From: Dehalococcoidia bacterium
GTDB taxonomy: Bacteria > Chloroflexota > Dehalococcoidia > SHXV01
Assembly (NCBI GenBank): GCA_009693105.1
Contig: SHXV01000002.1
Location: forward strand, 1 to 57,743
Direction of reading: 5' to 3'
DNA: 57,743 bases
Shown: one piece after another, positions 11,755 through 20,905 of the stretch
How the letters are laid out: each line of letters starts with the position of its first letter
How positions within the stretch are numbered: position 1 is the first letter of the stretch
Notes under the pieces: model-generated
Database searches by the model: none
What the model was told of the DNA's origin: nothing
The model's input: only the letters and a program-made list of their open reading frames with translations
Program-made: the position numbers and the translations under genes

Positions 11755-12939
11755 ATGACCGTGGTGAAAGCACAGGACGGAGGCCGGCCCGAACACGAGG
11801 GACAGACCGAGCAGGTCAGCATTCACCGCGGCCTCAACGGCGTCTACTTCGACCGGACCCGCACGTCCTTCATCGACGGCAAAGCCGGCACACTCCTCTA
11901 TCGCGGCTACTCGATCCATGACCTCGCGGAGCACTCCACGTTCGAGGAGACGGCCTATCTTCTCCTCCATGGCGCCCTCCCCACACGCAAGGAGTTGGCG
12001 GCGTTCGACGAGGAGTTGAAGCAGGCGCGGCCGATTCCGGAGCCCATCGTGCACATCATCGATGCCGTTCGCAACGCCCACCCGATGGACGTGCTGCGCA
12101 CCGCGGTATCCGCGCTCGCCGCCTTCGATCCAGAGGTCGAGGACAACTCGGCGGAGGCGGCCGTGCGCAAGGGGACGCGGCTCACCGCCCAGATGGCGAC
12201 GGTGGTGACGACGCATGACGCCCTTCGCAAAGGCCGTCCTCCCGTCACACCCAGCCAGGAACTGCCGCACGCAGGGAATTTCCTTTACATGCTGCACGGC
12301 CGCCCGCCTGAGGCCGAGGAGGCGAAGCTGCTCGATCGGGACTTCATCCTCCATGCCGAGCACGGGGCGAACGCCTCCGCGTTTACGGCGCGGGTGATCG
12401 GCGGGACACGGGCGAACCTGCACGCGGCGCTGGTGGGCGCCATCGCCGCCCTCTCCGGCCCGTCTCACGGGGGCGCAGCCGAGGATGTGATCATCATGGC
12501 CTTGGAGATCGGTGAGCCGGCGAATGCGGCTGCCTTCGTGCAGCGCGCGCGGGCGCAGAGGAAGGCGGTCATGGGCTTCGGGCACCGGGTGTACCGGGTG
12601 GAGGACCCGCGCGCCCGTCACCTGCGCGACGGCGTGCGCCGCCTGGGCCAGCTGCGCGGTGAGCCCAAGTGGTACGCTATCCTGGAAGCGGTAGTGGAAG
12701 CGATGAAGCCATACGCCCGCCATGGCATCCACGTCAATGTCGATTTCTATGCGGGCGCCCTCTACTACCTGCTGGGCGTGCCCACCGATCTGTTCGTCCC
12801 CATCTTCGCCCTGGGGCGGGTGCCGGGCTGGACAGCGCAGGTGGTGGAGCAGTTCGAGAACAACATCCTGATCCGGCCGCTGGCGGACTACGTGGGGCCT
12901 CCCCCTCAGCGCTACGTGCCGATCGAAGACCGGCTCTAG
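11755..12939 (+). CDS. citrate synthase family protein (citrate/2-methylcitrate synthase, short type)
   Basis: Motifs present are YRGYSIHDLAE, HAEHGANAS, SGPSHGGAAE and GFGHRVYRVEDPRA. The start was taken at the internal ATG 16 nt after the acsA stop. Confidence 0.9.
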   Translation: MTVVKAQDGGRPEHEGQTEQVSIHRGLNGVYFDRTRTSFIDGKAGTLLYRGYSIHDLAEHSTFEETAYLLLHGALPTRKELAAFDEELKQARPIPEPIVHIIDAVRNAHPMDVLRTAVSALAAFDPEVEDNSAEAAVRKGTRLTAQMATVVTTHDALRKGRPPVTPSQELPHAGNFLYMLHGRPPEAEEAKLLDRDFILHAEHGANASAFTARVIGGTRANLHAALVGAIAALSGPSHGGAAEDVIIMALEIGEPANAAAFVQRARAQRKAVMGFGHRVYRVEDPRARHLRDGVRRLGQLRGEPKWYAILEAVVEAMKPYARHGIHVNVDFYAGALYYLLGVPTDLFVPIFALGRVPGWTAQVVEQFENNILIRPLADYVGPPPQRYVPIEDRL

Positions 12940-13022
12940 GGCGAAAACGTGACGGGCACGGCGTCGCCGCGAGGTGCGTGACCCCCCGCGACGAACGACA
13001 CGCCGCCGGCCCGCCGATCAGA

Positions 13023-14279
13023 TCAGGACACCGTGCTGGCCGCGCTCTTCCCGCCGGTGGTGCTTTTGATGATGCCGCGGTCCTCCAGTTGATCGATATC
13101 AGATTCAGGGATTCCGGCGGCAAGCAACACTTCCCGCGTGTGCTGGCCCAGCAGCGGCGCGAACGAGGTGAACGCGCCCGGCGTGCGGGAAAAGCGCACG
13201 GGGAAGCCAAGCTGCTTCACCTTGCCCTCGCTCGGGTGAGCCAGCTCCAACGCCATGCCGATATGCTGCACCTGCGGGTCGGCGAAAGCACCGGGAATGT
13301 CGTGCACAGGGGCGATGCAGGTCTCCGCGTCTCGGAGGAGGGTGAGCCATTCGCCCCGCGTCCGGGTGAGGAATATCTGCTGGATCTCGCTCACCATGCG
13401 CTCGTATTCGTCCCCCTGCGCCCTCCGCAGCGGAATCCACTCCTCGTGGCTGAGCGCCCGACAGAAGTTCTCCCAGAAGATGGTCTCAGCGTTGCCCGTG
13501 CTGACGAACTTGCCGTCCTTGCAGCGCAAGTAGGTAATGCCACCGCGCCGTGCCGGCATCTGCAGTTTGCCGTCGCGTAAAAAGGTCGAGAAGTTGGCGA
13601 TGCCCAGGCTCATGACCGCGCCCAGCATCGACACGTCCAGGTGCTGCCCCTCCCCCGTGCGCTCCCGCTCCACCAGCGCGGCCAGGATCGAGATGGCTGC
13701 GTACATGGAGCCAGTGAGGTCGGCCAGCGAGATGCCGTGCCCCCAGGGCTCGCTGCCGTCGGCGATCTGCGCCGCCAGCATGCCCGCCACCGAGGAGAAC
13801 TGCTGGTCATGGCCGGGGTACTTCATGTAGGGGCCGTCCTGGCCGTAGCCGGAAATGCTGCAGTAGATGATGCGCGGGTTATACGCCCGCACCGTCTCGT
13901 AATCGATGCCCATCCACTTCAGCACGCCCGGCCGGTAGCCCTCCAGGACAATATCGGCGCCTTTGGCCAGCTGGTAGAAAACCTCCTGCGAACGCGGCCG
14001 AAAATCCGGGTTGAGCAGGTTCAGGGCCACGCTTTTCTTGTTGCGGGCAAGGGCGTTGTAGGCGGCGTAGCGCTGCTCGTCCTCCGGCGTGCCGTCCACG
14101 GGGGAGAGAACGTCGCGACTCATGCCGTAGCGGGTCTCCGTCTCCTCGACCTTGATCACGTCCATCCCCAGATCGGCGAGGATGTGGGATGCGAAGGGGC
14201 CCGGCAGGAATCGGGACAGGTCGAGCATCCGGTAAGGCCCAAGGGCGGTCTGGTTGGCTCCGTTCGATGTGGCATCCAT
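13023..14279 (-). CDS. family III CoA-transferase (CaiB/BaiF type)
   Basis: The N-terminus reads MLDLSRFLPGPFASHILADLGMDVIKVEE and the C-terminus reads APLLGQHTREVLLAAGIPESDIDQLEDRGII. The second ATG was chosen because of an AGGAGA SD. Confidence 0.85.
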   Translation of the reverse strand: MDATSNGANQTALGPYRMLDLSRFLPGPFASHILADLGMDVIKVEETETRYGMSRDVLSPVDGTPEDEQRYAAYNALARNKKSVALNLLNPDFRPRSQEVFYQLAKGADIVLEGYRPGVLKWMGIDYETVRAYNPRIIYCSISGYGQDGPYMKYPGHDQQFSSVAGMLAAQIADGSEPWGHGISLADLTGSMYAAISILAALVERERTGEGQHLDVSMLGAVMSLGIANFSTFLRDGKLQMPARRGGITYLRCKDGKFVSTGNAETIFWENFCRALSHEEWIPLRRAQGDEYERMVSEIQQIFLTRTRGEWLTLLRDAETCIAPVHDIPGAFADPQVQHIGMALELAHPSEGKVKQLGFPVRFSRTPGAFTSFAPLLGQHTREVLLAAGIPESDIDQLEDRGIIKSTTGGKSAASTVS

Positions 14280-14480
14280 GGGTGCGCTTCTCCTCATCCG
14301 CTAATCATTCGGGGTGGATAATGCGCCTGAATAGGTGCGCTGTCTAGCGCCCTTTGAGAGCAGGCCCCGTCGGCGCGATCGGGCCCGTTTCGCATCGACA
14401 ACCTTAACGTAAAGAGCGTAGTATCCCAGCTATCGACGCGAAGGCCGGGGCGTCCGCGTACGAGAGGGGGTAAGCGCTTC

Positions 14481-15872
14481 ATGGCGCGTTCGGAAGACAT
14501 TGAGGAGGCTGCCGGCGGCCCCGCCACCACCGGCTCCGCTCCGGGGCCGAAGCCCCCCGCCGGAGATCGCCCCGTCGTCGCTCGTCCACCGCTGCACAAA
14601 CGCATCTTCTTCGGCTGGTACGTCGCTCTCTCTGGCGCGGTCACCAACTTCTTCGTCTTGGGCGTCATTCTTCATGGCTTCGGTGTGATCTACGTCCCCA
14701 TCCATGAGGAGATGGGCTGGAGCATGGCGGCCATCGCAGCGGGCGTCTCCATCCGCAGCTTTGAGCAGGGATTCATGGCGCCGCTTACCGGCTACATGGC
14801 AGACCGGATCGGCCCACGCATCATGGCCTTTAGCGGCGTCACCATCCTCACCATCGGCGTATTCATGTTCGCGCGCGCGGAGACGCTCTGGTTCTACTAC
14901 CTGGCGTCCGTGGTCACTTCCTTCGGCCAGAGCGTCGGCGCCATGACGCCCTTCCAGATGGCCGTGATGAACTGGTTTCACAAGAAGCGGGGCATGGCGC
15001 TGGGGTTACTGAATACGGGGAACGGCCTCGCCTATCTCGCCGCGCCTATCGTCGCTCTGCTCGTCACCGCCTACGGCTGGCGGACCACGCTTGTTATCGG
15101 CGGGATCGCGATCTGGGTCATCTGCGCCCCGCTCTCCCTCCTGGCCTACCGGCGGCCCGAACAGCGGGGATACCACACCGACGGTGAGGAATGGCCGGAA
15201 GACGCGGCGATTCCCATCTCCAGTCAGGCCGCTGTAGCAGAGGAGACGCTGGGCATGACGGTGAGTGAGGCCATACGGACCCCCACCTTTTATCTGATCT
15301 CATTCGCCAATGCCGTGGGCGGCGCGTGTCTGGGCACGCAGGCCACGCTTGGGGTGTCCCACCTGCTGAACGTTGGGTACTCCACCACCTTCGCCGGCGC
15401 TATCGTCGGCGCTTACGGCGTCATCCAGCTCTGCCTGCGGCTGTTTCTGGGCTGGATGGGGGACCGTATGGGCCGGCGGCGCGTGCTAATGGCCAGCTAT
15501 GGGCTGATAGGCGTGGGCATGATCGTCTTCGCCAATCTGGATGCGTCTCAGGGATGGCGCTTGCCGGTCTACCTGCTGATATTCGCCCCCGGCCAGGCAG
15601 CTTGGGTCGTCCTCTCCAACTCCGCGACCGCGGATTACTTTGGTGTTCGCCGGTTCGCGACGCTGCGGGGGCTAACATCGCTCCTCACCATGCCGATCGG
15701 TCTGGCCGCTCCCATATTCGCCGGCTGGATGTATGACACGACGGGGACGTATCGGGTGGCGTTCATGCTCTATGCCGGCTTCGCCGTCCTCGGCATCATC
15801 TGCTTCTACTTCATCCGCCGTCCTATGTGGAGCGAGATTCAGGCGGGACGGGCCGCTGAGGCGGCGAGGTAG
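14481..15872 (+). CDS. MFS transporter, oxalate/formate-antiporter-like (array member 1)
   Basis: Motifs FFGWYVALSG, SFEQGFMAPLTGYMADRIGPR and ADYFGVRRFATLRG are present. It is a paralog of the two following genes. Confidence 0.85.
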   Translation: MARSEDIEEAAGGPATTGSAPGPKPPAGDRPVVARPPLHKRIFFGWYVALSGAVTNFFVLGVILHGFGVIYVPIHEEMGWSMAAIAAGVSIRSFEQGFMAPLTGYMADRIGPRIMAFSGVTILTIGVFMFARAETLWFYYLASVVTSFGQSVGAMTPFQMAVMNWFHKKRGMALGLLNTGNGLAYLAAPIVALLVTAYGWRTTLVIGGIAIWVICAPLSLLAYRRPEQRGYHTDGEEWPEDAAIPISSQAAVAEETLGMTVSEAIRTPTFYLISFANAVGGACLGTQATLGVSHLLNVGYSTTFAGAIVGAYGVIQLCLRLFLGWMGDRMGRRRVLMASYGLIGVGMIVFANLDASQGWRLPVYLLIFAPGQAAWVVLSNSATADYFGVRRFATLRGLTSLLTMPIGLAAPIFAGWMYDTTGTYRVAFMLYAGFAVLGIICFYFIRRPMWSEIQAGRAAEAAR

Positions 15873-15875
15873 CGC

Positions 15876-17240
15876 ATGGCGAAGCCGGACCGCATCGTCG
15901 TGGAAACGCCAGAACGGGAAGCGCCGGTCACGCCAGGTGGCTCGCGCAGGCAACGGCTGAGCTCACGCCTCGGCACAGATCGCGTCTTCTACGGCTGGTA
16001 CATGGTCATGGCGGGCTCCGTCAGCAACTTTTTCACCGCCGGCGTCGTCATCTACGGCATAGGGGTCCTCTATGAGCCGATGCGCCACGAGCTAGGCTGG
16101 AGTATGGCGGCGCTGACGGCGGGGGCCTCCGTCCGCAGTTTTGAGCAGGGCTTCATGGCACCCGTGACGGGCTACCTCACGGACCGTTTCGGGCCGCGTT
16201 TCATGGCGTTGAGCGGGCTCACCATTCTCGTGGGGGGGCTGGTTATGTTCTCCCAGGTGCACGAACTCTGGTCCTACTACGCCTCGGCGGCGGTCATCGC
16301 CTTAGGCTTCAGTATGGGGGCAATGGGTCCGTTCGCCGTGGCGATCATGAACTGGTTTGAGCGGCAGCGCGGCCGGGCCATGGGTCTCGTCAATGCCGGC
16401 AACGGGCTGGGCTATGTTGCGGTATCGATCATGGCACTGCTCGTTACCCAGTATGGCTGGAGGGGATCCCTGCTCATCAGTGCCGCCGCCGTCTTTGTCG
16501 TTTGCATTCCATTAGCCTTCCTGATCCGCACCGGCCCGGAATCGTATGGAATGTCAGTCGACGGCGGACGGACGCAAGTGGACGCGGGCGAAGCGCTCTC
16601 GCCCATGCCGTCCGAGCGCACCGGCCTCACGGCCGCTGAGGCTGCCCGTACGCCAGCGTTCTACCTGCTCGCCCTGAGCCACGCCGTGAACAGCCTGGGG
16701 CAGACGACGTGGCTGGTGCTGCAGGTCCCCCATCTGCTCAACGTAGGATATTCCGTGGCTGCCACTGCTACGATCGTGGGGCTGTATGGTGTCTTTCAGG
16801 TGATTTTTCGGCCGATAGCGGGTGGGGCGGGCGATCGGCTGGGCAGGCGACGCTTGTTTATGTACTGCTTCCTACTGCAGGGGCTGGGGCTGGTGGTCTT
16901 CGCGCTGCTTGCCCCGGAACGTCCCTGGTTACTGCCGGTCTATTACCTGGTCTACGGCGTAGGCCAGGCGGCATCGGTCGTCGTCGGCCAGACGATGACG
17001 GCGGATTACTTCGGGACAAAACGCTTCGCGACGATCCGCGGCGTTAGCCAGGTCCTGACGATGCCGGCCGGTCTGGTGGCGCCCGTTCTGGCGGGCTGGA
17101 TGTTCGACCGCACGGGCGATTACAGCCGCATCTTCCTCGTTTACGCCTCCATCGCCATGACCGGAACGTTCTGGGTATTCCTCATCCGCCGCCCGCTCTG
17201 GCGGGAAATTCAGGCCGCCTCAGCGGCCGGAACCGCTTAG
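15876..17240 (+). CDS. MFS transporter, oxalate/formate-antiporter-like (array member 2)
   Basis: It starts 3 nt after the previous stop. Motifs are LGTDRVFYGWYMVMAGSVSNFF and SFEQGFMAPVTGYLTDRFGPR. It is very similar to member 3 at both protein and DNA level. Confidence 0.85.
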   Translation: MAKPDRIVVETPEREAPVTPGGSRRQRLSSRLGTDRVFYGWYMVMAGSVSNFFTAGVVIYGIGVLYEPMRHELGWSMAALTAGASVRSFEQGFMAPVTGYLTDRFGPRFMALSGLTILVGGLVMFSQVHELWSYYASAAVIALGFSMGAMGPFAVAIMNWFERQRGRAMGLVNAGNGLGYVAVSIMALLVTQYGWRGSLLISAAAVFVVCIPLAFLIRTGPESYGMSVDGGRTQVDAGEALSPMPSERTGLTAAEAARTPAFYLLALSHAVNSLGQTTWLVLQVPHLLNVGYSVAATATIVGLYGVFQVIFRPIAGGAGDRLGRRRLFMYCFLLQGLGLVVFALLAPERPWLLPVYYLVYGVGQAASVVVGQTMTADYFGTKRFATIRGVSQVLTMPAGLVAPVLAGWMFDRTGDYSRIFLVYASIAMTGTFWVFLIRRPLWREIQAASAAGTA

Positions 17241-17242
17241 AC

Positions 17243-18625
17243 ATGGCACGCTCCGAGCGCATCGTTACCGAAACGGAGGCACGGGACATCGACGAGACCG
17301 CGCCTCCTGCCGTCCGAAAGCGATCCGCCCGGCAGCGGCTGGGCTCACGCCTGGGCACCGATCGCGTCTTCTACGGCTGGTACATGGTGATGGCGGGCTC
17401 CGTCAGCAACTTCTTCATCATCGGCGTCGTTATCTACGGAATCGGCGTGCTCTACGAGCCGATGCGCACGGAGCTGGGGTGGAGCATGGCGGCGCTGACG
17501 GCGGGGGCCTCCGTCCGGAGCTTCGAGCAGGGCTTCATGGCGCCGATTACCGGCTACCTCACCGATCGCTTCGGCCCTCGCCTGATGGCGCTGAGCGGGA
17601 TCACCATCCTCACGGCCGGGCTGGTTATGCTCTCCCAGATGCACGCCCTCTGGTTCTACTACACCGCTGCTGCCGTCATCGCCTTTGGGTCCAGCCTTTG
17701 CGGCATCGGCCCGTTCACGATGGCGATCATGAACTGGTTCGACAAGCATCGTGGCCGGGCGATGGGGGTGCTGAACTCGGGCAACGGCCTCGCCTACATC
17801 GCTGTCTCCATCATCGCCCTGATGGTCAGCTCCTATGGTTGGCGCCAGGCGGTGATCATGTGTGCGGCCACGGTCTTCGTCATTGGCATGCCGCTTGCCC
17901 TCACTCTCCGCACCGGCCCCGAACAGTACGGCTACTACCCCGATGGGAGAGAGCCGGCACTGGATGAGCACGGAGTGCGGCGCGCCCCTTCGCTTGGGGA
18001 ACGCACAGGCCTGACGGTGAAGGAAGCGGTGCGCACCCCCACGTTCTACCTGCTTGCCCTGGCGCAGGCGGTGAACAGCCTGGGCATGTCGACGTGGATC
18101 GTGTTGCAGGTGCCGCACCTGCTCAATGCCGGCTATTCCATCGGCGCCACCGGATCGATCGTCGGGCTGTACGGCGTCATCCAGGTCGCCCTGCGGCTGA
18201 TCTCGGGCTGGGCCGGTGACGCGATCGGCCGCCGGCGCATGTTCATGTACAGCTTCGTGCTCCAGGGCGTTGGCCTGGGGGTGTTCGCTCTCCTTGCTCC
18301 GGAGCGGTGGTGGCTGCTGCCCGTGTATTATCTGACCTTCGGGGTCGGTCACGCCGCCTCGACCGTCGTCGGACAGACGATGACGGCCGACTACTTCGGG
18401 ACGAAGCGTTTCGCCACGATCCGCGGCGTCAGCCACACCCTGACCATGCCGGCGGGCCTCGTGGCGCCCGTTCTGGCCGGCTGGATGTTCGACAGCACGG
18501 GCGATTACAGCTTCATCTTCCTCGTCTACGCCTGCATCGCCATGACCGGCACCTTCTGGGTGTTCTTCATTCGCCGCCCGCCCTGGCGAGAGATCCAGGC
18601 GGCCCGCGCCGCCGCCGTCCCCTAG
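17243..18625 (+). CDS. MFS transporter, oxalate/formate-antiporter-like (array member 3)
   Basis: It starts 2 nt after the previous stop. It is near-colinear with member 2, sharing LGTDRVFYGWYMVMAGSVSNFF and TADYFGTKRFATIRGVS. Confidence 0.85.
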   Translation: MARSERIVTETEARDIDETAPPAVRKRSARQRLGSRLGTDRVFYGWYMVMAGSVSNFFIIGVVIYGIGVLYEPMRTELGWSMAALTAGASVRSFEQGFMAPITGYLTDRFGPRLMALSGITILTAGLVMLSQMHALWFYYTAAAVIAFGSSLCGIGPFTMAIMNWFDKHRGRAMGVLNSGNGLAYIAVSIIALMVSSYGWRQAVIMCAATVFVIGMPLALTLRTGPEQYGYYPDGREPALDEHGVRRAPSLGERTGLTVKEAVRTPTFYLLALAQAVNSLGMSTWIVLQVPHLLNAGYSIGATGSIVGLYGVIQVALRLISGWAGDAIGRRRMFMYSFVLQGVGLGVFALLAPERWWLLPVYYLTFGVGHAASTVVGQTMTADYFGTKRFATIRGVSHTLTMPAGLVAPVLAGWMFDSTGDYSFIFLVYACIAMTGTFWVFFIRRPPWREIQAARAAAVP

Positions 18626-18682
18626 CCTTTCCTTCCCGACGCGGGTAGAATCCTCCCCATAGCCAAGAAAGCGCTCCCCACC

Positions 18683-19993
18683 ATGCAGCCTCCCCCCCAG
18701 CCGGATGCCCTCGCTTCGCCCTCCAGAAGGGCGCTCATCCTTGGACGGTGGCGCGTCCCCTTCTTCTACGGCTGGGTCATCGTTGGCGTCTGCTTTATGG
18801 CGGACTTCATGGCTGCCGGCCTCGGCGGCGCCACTATCCCCCTGTTCTTCCGGCCCATGATGGACTCGCAGGGGTGGTCCCTTACCTCCCTGGTGGGTGC
18901 CGTCACCGCCGCGTCCCTCCTGTCCGTCGCCGTAGGCCCCTTCATGGGCAGGATCATCGACCGCTTTGGCAGCAAGCCGATCATGCTCTGGGGAGCCCTC
19001 GTGGCCGCTACGGGCATGTTCGCTATGACCCGTATCGGTCAGGTCTGGCAGTTCTGGATCGTCTTCGCCTGCGTCTCTTCCCTGGGCCTGGGCGAGCTGG
19101 GCCAGCTCACCACCAGCTCCGCCGTCGCCCAGTGGTTCAGCCGTCGCCGCGGCCGCGCCCTTGCCCTTTCCGGGGTAGGGAATACCACCGGCATCGCCCT
19201 CCTCGCGCCCGTGGTCGCCTTCTCCATCGCATGGGTGGGGTGGCGCCAGACCTGGCTGCTCATGGGCATCCTCCTGCTGCTGGTCATGATCCCCGTCATC
19301 CTGGTGTTCATGCGCAGCCGCCCCGAGGACATCGGCGTTGGCCCCGATGGCGAACCCCTTTCCATGCCGGCGGAGGGAGCGGGTGTGCCTGTCGCGGTCG
19401 CCGGTGATTGGACCGTCCGAGAGGCGTTTCGGACGCGCAGCCTCTGGGTTCTCCTTCTCGCCTTCATGTTGGGCAGCGCCTTCAATGCCGTTTTCACCCT
19501 GGTGGTGCCCTTCTTCGTGGAGCAGGAGGGCATGCCCAATACCAGCGCTGGCTGGATTATCTCAGCCTATTTCGGCTCCTCGATCTTCGCACGCCTCTTC
19601 TGGGGGTTCATGCTGGAGCGCTGGCAAGCCCGATACTGTATGGCCCTCGCGTTCCTTTCCCGTGCTATCACCCCCGCGCTGATGATCGCCATCCCCTATC
19701 CCTTGAACATCGGCGCCTTTCTCTTCTTCGGCGGCTTCATCGGTGGGGCGATGGGGGTGCTCCAGCCGGTGACATGGAGTAACTACTTCGGCCGTAAGTC
19801 CTTCGCCAGCATCCAGGGCGCCATACGCCCCTTCCTGGCCCTCCCCCAGTTCGCCCTCCCCCTCCTCCTCGCCCTTATGTTCGATAGGTTGGGGAACTTC
19901 AACATCGGCTTCATCCTCCTCACCGTCCTCACCATGCTCGGGGCTGGCGTCGCCCTCCTGTCGAAGCCGCCGGTGCGCCGCGCGGAAGGGTAG
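18683..19993 (+). CDS. MFS transporter, divergent member of the same family (array member 4)
   Basis: It has FFYGWVIVGVCFMADF, GRIIDRFGSKPIM and a 12-TM-type pattern. A TAGAAT at 18646..18651 upstream may be its own -10 element. Confidence 0.8.
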   Translation: MQPPPQPDALASPSRRALILGRWRVPFFYGWVIVGVCFMADFMAAGLGGATIPLFFRPMMDSQGWSLTSLVGAVTAASLLSVAVGPFMGRIIDRFGSKPIMLWGALVAATGMFAMTRIGQVWQFWIVFACVSSLGLGELGQLTTSSAVAQWFSRRRGRALALSGVGNTTGIALLAPVVAFSIAWVGWRQTWLLMGILLLLVMIPVILVFMRSRPEDIGVGPDGEPLSMPAEGAGVPVAVAGDWTVREAFRTRSLWVLLLAFMLGSAFNAVFTLVVPFFVEQEGMPNTSAGWIISAYFGSSIFARLFWGFMLERWQARYCMALAFLSRAITPALMIAIPYPLNIGAFLFFGGFIGGAMGVLQPVTWSNYFGRKSFASIQGAIRPFLALPQFALPLLLALMFDRLGNFNIGFILLTVLTMLGAGVALLSKPPVRRAEG

Positions 19994-20126
19994 CGCAGCC
20001 AGCCGCGCCGAACGCTGACCGGAGGAGGCACGGCCACGGCCGGCCACCACCATGGTATCGGCGACCGTTGGAGCGGAGTCGGTGGGCTCCGCCCACGGCT
20101 TGGTGTGCGCTACCGCCCGCGAGAAT

Positions 20127-20646
20127 CTATCGATGCCGTTTTCCAGGGTGCCCGGCGCGCACCCCGCCACGACGACAGGAACCGCACCGCCACTTCTTCC
20201 TATGGCGTCCCCCAGCTGGCATCCCTCGGCGCGGTCCGCCAATCATGCAGATCGCGACGACGAAGGCAATCATATTTAAAACCATCAGAGCGATTCTGGT
20301 TTGGTCCTTGATCGGGATAAAGCGCGAGCACTCGGGACCCTCCTCGATGTGTCCGAAGGGAATAACCTCAAGTGAGCCCCCGCCGCCGCCACCGCCGCGA
20401 CCCGTCCTCTCCCATCTCACCGTTTGCGCGTGTGCCTCCCGTTCCTCCGCCTGCTCCGAACCCGAAGCGGTAGGAGACACGGCCAACCGGGATCACGGTC
20501 CGTGCCCCCTGGACCACCGGTTCGCCGAAGATCGTGCGGGCTCCCGCATGCGGCAGCACCTTGCCAAGGACTCCATCGATTACCCGTTCCATGATGTTCG
20601 ATGGTTCATCAGTCGGCAGCGGAATCTGGGTCTCGTCGTTCACCAT
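20127..20646 (-). pseudogene. GerW/YtfJ-family protein, frameshifted within its glycine-rich linker
   Basis: Frame 1 (20368..20646) reads ..TIFGEPVVQGARTVIPVGRVSYRFGFGAGGGTGG.., the YtfJ N-domain. Frame 2 (ORF 20127..20486) continues GGGGGGGSLEVIPFGHIEEGPECSRFIPIKDQTRIAL. The frame changes at about 20398..20412 inside a GGC/GGG-rich run. The 3' end is uncertain. Confidence 0.55.
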
Positions 20647-20905
20647 TGACCTCCTGCAGCTTGCTGAAAAACCAAGTATGGCGGGTAGCCCGCCCTATCG
20701 GGGGAGCCGCCCGGCCGACTGCTCGGGGCCAAACGGCACCTCATCGAGCAGTTGGCCGACCGCGCGCTCAACTTCGCCCGATGAGGCGGCCGTGCTGAGG
20801 CAGGTTTGAATGAGGTCGCGGCGCAAGGGGTCAATGTCGCATAATAGAAACCGCGCAGGCATCCAGATATTCCAAAGCCACTGCTTAACCCCGGATAGAG
20901 GCCAG

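Noticed and set aside
20647-20905. Leader-peptide or attenuator control of the ABC-F gene, as in antibiotic-resistance ABC-F genes.
   Set aside because: The 259-nt upstream region has only short hairpins (GGCGGG-tag-CCCGCC at about 20681..20695 and an 8-bp distant inverted repeat). It has no clear uORF with an SD and no terminator/antiterminator pair.
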